A stretch of DNA of 64,000 bases, taken from positions 1 through 64,000 of IMG/VR virus record IMGVR_UViG_3300012943_000028, one strand, 5' to 3'. The notes under the pieces were generated by a model, which made no database searches, was not told where the DNA came from, and was given only the letters and a program-made list of their open reading frames with translations. This DNA is from a virus. Lineage: Duplodnaviria; Heunggongvirae; Uroviricota; Caudoviricetes. Of the stretch, positions 1 to 6,869 are shown piece after piece (position 1 is the stretch's first letter; every line of letters begins with the position of its first letter). The position numbers and the translations under genes were made by a program.

Positions 1-93
1 ACGCTCGTAGGCCAGTTCCCTCTTGTATACCACGTATCGTAGGAACCCTCTATTACGGAGGGCGGGGTTGACGCTGCTTAACTGGCTATTGCG

Positions 94-357
94 TCATGTC
101 TTGAAGATGCTGTCGAGCCACCAGTGCGGATATTTCGGATCTTCGTAGAGCTCGCTCTTGAAGAAGAGCCCCAGCTTCATGTCCTCTTTCCACATCGTGA
201 CTTGCACGTTGAGCCACTTCTTGCCGAGAGCGTAGCCGTTGTTTGGCCGACATGGCAATCCAAGAGACTCGTGATTGAAGAACTCGATCTGAGCCTCATC
301 GCTGAGGTCAATGAGATGTTCCCAGTCCTTTGAGAAGATGCGATAGAGCTCGCACAT
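94..357 (-). CDS. hypothetical protein
   Basis: 87-aa ORF, GGAG just upstream; no recognisable motif. Confidence 0.5.
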   Translation of the reverse strand: MCELYRIFSKDWEHLIDLSDEAQIEFFNHESLGLPCRPNNGYALGKKWLNVQVTMWKEDMKLGLFFKSELYEDPKYPHWWLDSIFKT

Positions 358-572
358 TCTCCGGTACTTTGAACTTAGCCCACCGAGAGTTCTCGCTGGG
401 ACGCGTTTAGCTGTGTCATAGCATCCTCCAGTTTGAATAGTTGCAGGCCGGTGAGGTATCCGCTATCGCTTCCCATTCTCCGTTTAGCTTTCCTTACCTG
501 CGTCCGATGGCCTTCACGTAGTCATACTACAGCCATCTAGCGTTGCGCGTGTACTTTGCGCGCTGCGTTCTG

Positions 573-887
573 TTAAGAGTGCTTAGCGGCTACTGCTCGC
601 GCCTTAGCGATCGAGTCTTTGTATTTGCCGCCAGAGAAGTCATCCCATGAAACATGGTTCTGCTTCTTGTGAAAGCCATTGCTTTCTGGATGCTTGCCAG
701 TAACTTCAACCGGCCAGGCTTGCACCATGATTGCCGTCTTGTCACCGCCTAGATGAAGCACGTCGCCATCCTTGATGGCGTCATCAGTCTGAGTGCGGTC
801 ATAAGCCGCTGAACCGCCTTCTGCGTTTTCCTTGCTGAAGTCATGCACTGCGATAGTGCGAGGTTCTTTGATTTCGTTGAGCTTCAT
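573..887 (-). CDS. hypothetical late protein (possible virion protein)
   Basis: ORF with SD GAGGG and TAAATA late promoter at 912-917; N-terminus MKLNEI. Confidence 0.65.
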   Translation of the reverse strand: MKLNEIKEPRTIAVHDFSKENAEGGSAAYDRTQTDDAIKDGDVLHLGGDKTAIMVQAWPVEVTGKHPESNGFHKKQNHVSWDDFSGGKYKDSIAKARAVAAKHS

Positions 888-917
888 TTGACCACCCTCT
901 ACATGAGATGGTATTTA

Positions 918-996
918 TGGTGGACCAAACCGGACTCGAACCGGCGATACTCCTCCATTTCTGGGGAGGGCGGTTTCCTAACATACCACCTGGCCC
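918..996 (-). tRNA. atypical tRNA / tRNA-like gene with 8-nt anticodon loop (CCAGAAAU)
   Basis: GGGCCAG/TTGGTCC acceptor stem, GCCGG-TTCGAGT-CCGGT T arm, encoded ACCA; stem CCTCC/GGAGG encloses 8 nt with no U33. Confidence 0.65.
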
Positions 997-1004
997 ATTG
1001 AACT

Positions 1005-1089
1005 TGGTACCCCTGACAGGAGTCGAACCTGCACACCTCACGGTACGAGAACCTAAATCTCGCGCGTCTACCAGCTTCGCCACAGGGGC
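1005..1089 (-). tRNA. tRNA-Leu(TAG)
   Basis: canonical cloverleaf, loop TT-TAG-GT, long variable arm, CCA end. Confidence 0.95.
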
Positions 1090-1099
1090 ATCGAAAATT

Positions 1100-1182
1100 T
1101 GGTGCCTTCGGTAGGACTCGGACCTACACGCTTTTCAGCGCCTCGCTTTAAGGGAGGTGTGTCTACATTTCACCACGAAGGC
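1100..1182 (-). tRNA. tRNA-Leu(TAA)
   Basis: cloverleaf, loop CT-TAA-AG, variable arm, CCA; variant T loop (GGTCCGA) and one C-C mismatch in anticodon stem. Confidence 0.85.
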
Positions 1183-1190
1183 AAAGTCGG

Positions 1191-1275
1191 GTGCTTTCAG
1201 GGTGGATTCGAACCATCCTCCCGCCCGGGTTGTCACGAGCAGTCTGCCAGCCCCTAACGTTTGAGCTGAAAGCAC
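1191..1275 (-). ncRNA. tRNA-like RNA / pseudo-tRNA
   Basis: 10-bp terminal stem GTGCTTTCAG/CTGAAAGCAC, GGTTCGAATCC T loop, D-like GCTC/GGGC, 8-nt anticodon-like loop, no CCA. Confidence 0.5.
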
Positions 1276-1281
1276 TTCGTC

Positions 1282-1381
1282 TGGTAGCGGATGTAGGAGT
1301 CGAACCTACTATCGCCAGGTTATGAGCCTGGAATGATCCGGACCCGTTTTACCGGAAGTCCATCCGTTTCACTCGCCCGCT
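1282..1381 (-). tRNA. tRNA-Met/Ile2 (CAT) with ~24-nt hairpin insertion in D loop
   Basis: CCAGG-CTCATAA-CCTGG anticodon arm, GGTTCGACTCC T arm, ACCA end; 100 nt long. Confidence 0.8.
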
Positions 1382-1392
1382 ATAAACTTGAC

Positions 1393-1457
1393 CGACAACA
1401 AAAAGGCTGATGACGGGGTTGATCGCATAGATGATAACCGTCACCATTCGGTTGTCG
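1393..1457 (-). ncRNA. Y RNA-like stem-bulge RNA, copy A
   Basis: CGACAAC/GUUGUCG stem, bulged C, GAA/UUU, upper stem UGGUGACGG/CCGUCAUCA, loop begins UUAUC. Confidence 0.7.
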
Positions 1458-1469
1458 AACTCTTGAAAT

Positions 1470-1554
1470 TGGTGCCCTCGAGAGGACTCGAACCTCCACG
1501 CCTTGCGACTCTAGCACCTCAAGCTAGCGCGTCTACCAATTTCGCCACGAGGGC
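1470..1554 (-). tRNA. tRNA-Leu(GAG)
   Basis: canonical cloverleaf, CTAGC-TT-GAG-GT-GCTAG, CCA. Confidence 0.95.
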
Positions 1555-1558
1555 ATGA

Positions 1559-1635
1559 TGAGAACAAAAGCGAAGGACGGTGTTTTGAACGGCTTGTTAA
1601 GCTGCTTTGGATAACCATCACATCAACGGTTCTCA
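1559..1635 (-). ncRNA. Y RNA-like stem-bulge RNA, copy B
   Basis: UGAGAAC/GUUCUCA stem, bulged C, GAUGG/CCGUC upper stem, UUAUC loop. Confidence 0.6.
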
Positions 1636-1646
1636 AGGTCATTTTA

Positions 1647-1862
1647 TCACGTAACTATCTCACCGGCCATCTTTGCCTCATGGGCAAGCTGGGCGTCGAG
1701 AAGCGCCTGATCCTCAGGCGAAAGGTTTCCAGCATTTGCCTTCAACCACTTGACACGGGCGGAGCAACGCTCGAACGCCTCATTCAAGAGGAGGTTGATT
1801 CTGTCAAGCAAAGCGTGCGCCTCATTGATGAGGGCGATGCGCTCTTCATTTGAGAGGGCCAT
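1647..1862 (-). CDS. small helical hypothetical protein (MALSNEER...)
   Basis: SD AAGGAG before ATG at 1862; the longer track ORF runs over tRNA-Gly and is not credible. Confidence 0.6.
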   Translation of the reverse strand: MALSNEERIALINEAHALLDRINLLLNEAFERCSARVKWLKANAGNLSPEDQALLDAQLAHEAKMAGEIVT

Positions 1863-1911
1863 GACATTCTCCTTAGAAGACAAACGGGCATATTTCAGCC
1901 CTAGACCAAAT

Positions 1912-1985
1912 TGGAGCGGGATGCGAGACTCGAACTCGCTTTGTCGGTTTGGAAGACCGAAGCACAACCTATATACCAATCCCGC
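1912..1985 (-). tRNA. tRNA-Gly(TCC)
   Basis: TCGGT-CT-TCC-AA-ACCGA, U discriminator, CCA. Confidence 0.93.
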
Positions 1986-1992
1986 AAAATCA

Positions 1993-2057
1993 TGACAACA
2001 AAGAAGGTGCCGACGGATGTTTCTAACCAAAAGATAACCATCAGCGATCGGTTGTCA
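1993..2057 (-). ncRNA. Y RNA-like stem-bulge RNA, copy C
   Basis: UGACAAC/GUUGUCA stem, bulged C, GA/UU, upper stem GCUGAUGG/CCGUCGGC, UUAUC loop. Confidence 0.7.
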
Positions 2058-2070
2058 ATTCTGTTCGTCA

Positions 2071-2967
2071 CTACCTTCGATAGAAGGTGGCAACTGTAGT
2101 CGTTACGAAAAGTTTGTCGTGTGGAAGCTTCTGTACATTCTTCGGAAAATCTGCCGAGGTGAATGGTCGAAACAACCCGTACTTGCAAAACAAGAGCGAC
2201 GAAAAACCAGTCTTGAGCGCAGGGTCTTTAGCGACGAGGCGCATGTATTCATGAATCTTCTGCTTCACCATGTCTGTGTACGCGTTCACTGCGTCAACGG
2301 TCTGTGGTGAGAACTTAATCGGCAGAACTGCCTCAAGGTACTTGAGGTGCTCTGTCGTAAATGGGTGGGCCTCTGCGTAGTGCGGCTGCTGAAATTCATC
2401 AGCGTTCCTCTTCACCAGCATTCCAACCTTACCACCGTAAAGAACATCGAAGAACGACGGCTTGATGGCGTTGAGCGTATCTCCGAAGAGCACCTCAACC
2501 TTCTCTTGATTTGCCTCAAGCTTAGCAGCAGGGCCAGCGAGGCTTGGCAAGAAGAAGTCAGTCATCTTGAAGTTGTACCACTCACAACCAGCTTCATTGA
2601 GCAGGCTTTGAGCTGCGGCGATGCAGGCGATGTCCCTCAAGAAGAAGCCTAGGCTGTCGTAATCGGCGGCGAGCTTCTCGCTCTTAGGGCTCGTGAGGTG
2701 CCACTCTCCATCTTCGAAGACGGTGCGGCGAGCCATGCTCGTCCATTCAACGATGACTAGATCATCAGCGTTGAACTTGTAGTGAGCGTGCGCCTGTATC
2801 AGAGAGTTGAAGATGAACTGGTTGCAAGCACCACCTACGCCGAAGTTGTACAGCGGAGCGTTGAGCTCGTACGCTAGCACCTCAGACCAACCGGCCCAAA
2901 GGTAGTTGGTGAAGCTACAACCGAAAGCAAAGATCCGTTTTGGTGTTCTCATCTGATATTTAGCCAC
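2071..2967 (-). CDS. SGNH/GDSL-hydrolase-like phage protein
   Basis: FGCSFT block I, NFGVGG block II, distal HP motif. Confidence 0.6.
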   Translation of the reverse strand: MAKYQMRTPKRIFAFGCSFTNYLWAGWSEVLAYELNAPLYNFGVGGACNQFIFNSLIQAHAHYKFNADDLVIVEWTSMARRTVFEDGEWHLTSPKSEKLAADYDSLGFFLRDIACIAAAQSLLNEAGCEWYNFKMTDFFLPSLAGPAAKLEANQEKVEVLFGDTLNAIKPSFFDVLYGGKVGMLVKRNADEFQQPHYAEAHPFTTEHLKYLEAVLPIKFSPQTVDAVNAYTDMVKQKIHEYMRLVAKDPALKTGFSSLLFCKYGLFRPFTSADFPKNVQKLPHDKLFVTTTVATFYRR

Positions 2968-2973
2968 GTAAAC

Positions 2974-3061
2974 TGGTGGGCATGGTAGGATTCGAACCTA
3001 CTAAGGCGCAAGGCCGTCTGCTTTACAGGCAGATGTGACACTCCAACTTCACCGCATACCC
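2974..3061 (-). tRNA. tRNA-Tyr(GTA)
   Basis: TCTGC-CT-GTA-AA-GCAGA, long variable arm, CCA. Confidence 0.9.
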
Positions 3062-3066
3062 AAAAC

Positions 3067-3152
3067 TGGTGGAGCCTCTTGGATTCGAACCAAGGATTCC
3101 CGAGGGAGGCAGATTTACAGTCTGCTGGTTTCAACCGCTCACCCAAAGCTCC
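3067..3152 (-). tRNA. tRNA-Tyr(GTA), second divergent copy
   Basis: GCAGA-CT-GTA-AA-TCTGC, variable arm, CCA. Confidence 0.93.
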
Positions 3153-3226
3153 AAAAAGATGTCGATTTGCTATGCTGGTTCGACATGAACCTCGATAGAC
3201 TCGCAGCAAAGCGGCGAGTTCTAAAT

Positions 3227-3301
3227 TGGTGCGTCCTGAGGGGATCGAACCCCCGACATCCCACTTGTAAGGAGGGCGCTCTACCGCTGAGCTAAGGACG
3301 C
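3227..3301 (-). tRNA. tRNA-Val(TAC)
   Basis: canonical D and T arms, CT-TAC-AA loop, CCA. Confidence 0.93.
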
Positions 3302-3461
3302 ATTGTGAGGCTCAAGCCACGAAGGCGAGCCTCGAAAAATCGTACCAGTCTCGCACTCCTCCATCCTCGGGCTGGTCCACCGGATGGTCTCTTAGCGGTC
3401 CAATTTTTGTTAGGACGGGCTCATCTGCCTCATTCCAAGCGGAATTCGTAACCGCTTCTCT

Positions 3462-3497
3462 AAACGAACTCGGGAGACCTTCTGAGTCTCCCGAGTT
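3462..3497 (-). terminator. attenuator-type intrinsic terminator upstream of tRNA array
   Basis: 12-bp perfect inverted repeat AACTCGGGAGAC/GTCTCCCGAGTT with imperfect U tract (UUCGUUU). Confidence 0.65.
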
Positions 3498-3521
3498 AAA
3501 ACCTTGATTTGTGATCTGGGC

Positions 3522-3620
3522 TTAAACTCGGGTTGTGCTTCCTACGGCCGACGCAATACCGCCTGGCAGTGTGACTGCAGGGGAATAGCTAAGGCTTGAC
3601 AATGTGGATAGGGAAAGCAT
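3522..3620 (-). CDS. Ser/Leu-rich leader peptide MLSLSTLSSLSYSPAVTLPGGIASAVGSTTRV
   Basis: GAGG SD, 32 codons, stop overlaps antiterminator arm; below ORF-track length cutoff. Confidence 0.6.
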   Translation of the reverse strand: MLSLSTLSSLSYSPAVTLPGGIASAVGSTTRV

Positions 3621-3645
3621 GGTATCCTCGTAAGACGATCAACTC

Positions 3646-3713
3646 TATTTATACGGGTGGCTCAATCTCCACCGTAGGATGCCATCATATCACGACAAAT
3701 CTTAGGTGTAAAC
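3646..3713 (-). promoter_or_regulatory. tandem early (GTTTAC-N18-TATGAT) and late (TATAAATA) promoters for leader/tRNA operon
   Basis: GTTTAC 3708-3713, TATGAT 3684-3689, TATAAATA 3646-3653 on minus strand. Confidence 0.7.
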
Positions 3714-3730
3714 TGCAACGTAAATATCGC

Positions 3731-5194
3731 ATGTACATCGGACATCTAGCCAAATCTCAGCCTGATCACCCAGCAATCATCACGGCAAAGACCGGTGAGG
3801 TCTTGACCTACGCACAGCTGGATCAGAAGTCCAATCAAGTCGCCCACCTTCTTCGGGCGAAGGGCGTAGAAATAGGAGACCAAGTCTCGATTCTAGCCGA
3901 GAACAATGCTGAGTACATGATCTTGATATGGGGTGCGCTGCGCGCGGGTGCTCTCGTCACTCCGATAAACGGACACCTCTCGCCACCTGAGATCAAGCAC
4001 GTGCTTGAGCACAGCGAGACAAAGCTGTTGTTCGTGAGCGACAGGTTTGCCGCAAACGTTCCGGCTGGCGTGAACATTGAGACGCCAAGCGCATCGCTAG
4101 GATTTCCCACAACGCCAATTGCAGATGAGGCTCCGGGTGCGCTTCACTGCTACAGCTCAGGAACAACTGGCAAACCAAAGGGTGTAAAGATTTCCCGCCC
4201 AACTTGGGACATCGTGGAGAATGGTGTCTCGCAGAATGCAGCGTACGCAAGGGCGTATGGCCTCAACTCTGAGACGGTGTACATGACACCGGCCCCGCTG
4301 TTCTATTCAGCTGCAAGCTACTTCTCAGTGGCAGTGCACGAGACAGGCGGGTGTGTAGTGATGACCGATCGCTTCAGCCCAGTTAGGGCGCTACAGTACA
4401 TTGAAAAGTACCGTGTCACACACTCACAGTGGGTGCCGACGATGTTCGTGCGCATGCTCAACCTTGCGCCTGAGCTTAGAAAGTGCGACGTATCTAGCCT
4501 AAAGCTTGCCATCCACGGTGGTGCGGCATGTCCAATAGACGTAAAGCGTAAGATGATCGATTGGTTTGGTCCAATCGTCACCGAGATTTATGCGTGCACT
4601 GAGCTCTATGGGCTGTGTGTCATCAGCAGTGAGACGTGGCTCACGAAGCCAGGTTCAGTTGGCAAGGCAGTAGTTGGAACAATCCACATCTGCGATGAGG
4701 GCGGCAATGAGCTGCCACCAGGAACCAACGGCCTGATCTACTTTGAAGGTGGAACCAGAGAGCCATTCGAGTACACGAAGAACTCAGAGAAGACAGCTGC
4801 AGCAAGACACCCAGTTCACAAGGAATGGTCTACGATTGGTGACATGGGCAGGCTCGACACCGACGGGTTCCTGTACCTCGTAGGTCGCCGTGATTTCATG
4901 ATCATCTCTGGCGGAGTCAACATCTTCCCAAGCGCAGTAGAAGACGCAATCAGAACCCACCCGGCAGTCATCGACGTTGCAGTCTTTGGTAGCCCGCATG
5001 AGTCTCTTGGCGAGATCGTAAAGGCCGTTGTTGTGTCCAGGGTCAAGCCAACGCTAGCTCTCAAGCATGAACTAAAGCTTCTCGTCAGAGACACGGTGGC
5101 AAGGTATGCAGTGCCTAAGCTTGAATTTGCTGATGAGCTTCCATACGTCAATGGCAAGCTGAGCAAGCGCAGGCTGCAGGAACTCTACCCGTGA
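3731..5194 (+). CDS. acyl-CoA synthetase (AMP-binding, ANL superfamily)
   Basis: YSSGTTGKPKG, EIYACTE, TIGDMG, GRRDFMIISGGVNIFP; TAAATA at 3721-3726 just before ATG 3731. Confidence 0.92.
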   Translation: MYIGHLAKSQPDHPAIITAKTGEVLTYAQLDQKSNQVAHLLRAKGVEIGDQVSILAENNAEYMILIWGALRAGALVTPINGHLSPPEIKHVLEHSETKLLFVSDRFAANVPAGVNIETPSASLGFPTTPIADEAPGALHCYSSGTTGKPKGVKISRPTWDIVENGVSQNAAYARAYGLNSETVYMTPAPLFYSAASYFSVAVHETGGCVVMTDRFSPVRALQYIEKYRVTHSQWVPTMFVRMLNLAPELRKCDVSSLKLAIHGGAACPIDVKRKMIDWFGPIVTEIYACTELYGLCVISSETWLTKPGSVGKAVVGTIHICDEGGNELPPGTNGLIYFEGGTREPFEYTKNSEKTAAARHPVHKEWSTIGDMGRLDTDGFLYLVGRRDFMIISGGVNIFPSAVEDAIRTHPAVIDVAVFGSPHESLGEIVKAVVVSRVKPTLALKHELKLLVRDTVARYAVPKLEFADELPYVNGKLSKRRLQELYP

Positions 5195-6357
5195 GAATCT
5201 TTCTAAGGCCAGAAAAGAACGTCAGCTATGATCTTTGTGGAATGGATTTTGTGGCTGGGCAGTACTATGTTGGAGCTGCAGCGTTCATAAACCAGCGCTA
5301 TGATACCGACAGGTTCATAACTGCCGTGAAGAAGATCATTGAGCTGCACCCATGCATCGGTTGCACGCTTGTCAAGACAGAGGCTGGACATGCTCTTGCA
5401 CCAAGCCCTGACACGGGGTTTTCTATTGAGATCGTCAACGTTGATCACGAATGCCCGCCATTCGGCGACGGCATCGACGTTCCGGACGGGCTCATCCCTC
5501 AGCAGATACCATCACCATTTGGTGCACCACTTGTTGCGCTACGGCTGACTCAGTTCACCGATAGAACAGTGATTGGTACGATGACGTCACACCTAATGGG
5601 AGATAGAACGGGATTTGGCATGTGGTGGTCAGACCTTCACCGGGTATACAGTGGTGGTGAGCCGCTGTGGACACCTCAGCATGATCGGTATTTTGCGCAC
5701 CTGCGCGCAGAATCTCCATCTGACATCTCAGCTCTCGCAGTCAAGGATGAAGTTAGGTGGCTTGAAAAACCAACAGCCCGTAAGCTGATGATAACTGACG
5801 ATCGCTTCATCGAGCTAAAGGCTGGCGCCGCAAGACTTTCAGTTGGAGCGCACACGCTTATCAGAAGCCTGCTGATCAAGGCGCTTGATCCATCTACCGT
5901 GTTTGTGTCATACGACGCGAGAGGAGTAGCTGGATCCATAGTCGCCGAAAACTATAGCGGCAATGCTGTGCTGCACTACGTCATCAAACCAGAACTTACT
6001 GTCGATGGTATCATGCTGCAGCTCGACAATGATAGACAGCCCGATGCAGCAGACGTTGAACGTGATATTGGGTGGGTTCAGAACCAGTACAGATCAACTG
6101 AGCTTGCGTTTGGCTGCTTCGTTCCTGGCTGCAATCCACCAACGAATGAGACGACACTTACGCTGAACAGCAGCATTGGTAGCCGCATTCGTGAGGTAGA
6201 GTGGGTTGAGTACATGAAGGACATTCCGGCTGTGAACACCATCTTCCTCTACAAGGTAAAGGGCGGCTACACTGCGTACGTCATTCTGTCAGAGCGACAG
6301 ATGCCGGAATTCATCTCAAGGTTTGAAGCTCTACTTACAGCTTACAGCGTGTCGTAG
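5191..6357 (+). CDS. CoA-dependent acyltransferase, BAHD/condensation-like
   Basis: HxxxD (SHLMGD), PLVALRLTQF, P..DR, NYSGNA motifs; start overlaps ligase stop (GTGA). Confidence 0.75.
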   Translation: MRIFLRPEKNVSYDLCGMDFVAGQYYVGAAAFINQRYDTDRFITAVKKIIELHPCIGCTLVKTEAGHALAPSPDTGFSIEIVNVDHECPPFGDGIDVPDGLIPQQIPSPFGAPLVALRLTQFTDRTVIGTMTSHLMGDRTGFGMWWSDLHRVYSGGEPLWTPQHDRYFAHLRAESPSDISALAVKDEVRWLEKPTARKLMITDDRFIELKAGAARLSVGAHTLIRSLLIKALDPSTVFVSYDARGVAGSIVAENYSGNAVLHYVIKPELTVDGIMLQLDNDRQPDAADVERDIGWVQNQYRSTELAFGCFVPGCNPPTNETTLTLNSSIGSRIREVEWVEYMKDIPAVNTIFLYKVKGGYTAYVILSERQMPEFISRFEALLTAYSVS

Positions 6358-6830
6358 ATTGCCAGCATGGCAGTAACATCAGAATCGATCTGAGGCTGAC
6401 TTCCTGCTGGGAGACCAATCATGCCCTGCACAAGCTGCTGCTTGATTGGTGAGAACACGGAATCCTTAATGGCGATGTGCCAACGGCGCCATGCCTCTTC
6501 AGAGTTCGAAGACTGGTTGATACCATCAGCGAACGTGTCGTAAGCCTCACGATAGTTCTGAACTGCAACTACGTCATCATACTCACCGAGCGTATCGAAA
6601 ATTGCCTGGATAGCGGCAACGTCCATTGTGGTTTCGGTTGGGTTTGTGATCTCGAGGCTGTCCTGAGCGAGGAGAGAAGCGACACGGATCGTGAGCAGCT
6701 GTGGGTCACGGAACACGTTTGCTAGACGAACGTCATTCTCATTCTCGTCGGCTGCACCGGTACCGGCACGCCAGGTATAGAATGCGACTCTCCAGTCCTG
6801 CAGAATGCTCAGTGCTTCTTCGTTCGTCAT
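6342..6830 (-). CDS. hypothetical late protein
   Basis: SD AGGAG, TAAATA at 6867-6872. Confidence 0.65.
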   Translation of the reverse strand: MTNEEALSILQDWRVAFYTWRAGTGAADENENDVRLANVFRDPQLLTIRVASLLAQDSLEITNPTETTMDVAAIQAIFDTLGEYDDVVAVQNYREAYDTFADGINQSSNSEEAWRRWHIAIKDSVFSPIKQQLVQGMIGLPAGSQPQIDSDVTAMLAIYDTL

Positions 6831-6869
6831 TACGGTCTCTCCTGGTAGCAGCTTGCCACACAGGGTTAT

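Noticed and set aside
1393-2057. Possible CRISPR array from the three related repeats
   Set aside because: Copies are divergent, irregularly spaced and separated by tRNAs; no cas genes
841-3295. Short track ORFs over the tRNA region (841-1083, 908-1114, 1901-2188, 2949-3209, 3035-3295)
   Set aside because: They overlap clear tRNA or ncRNA genes
3405-3430. Hammerhead ribozyme (CAGAUGAG)
   Set aside because: Core should be CUGAUGA with a matching GAAA and three stems; not found
3596-3730. N-terminal extension of the acyl-CoA synthetase
   Set aside because: Overlaps divergent promoters; homology and TAAATA favour ATG 3731
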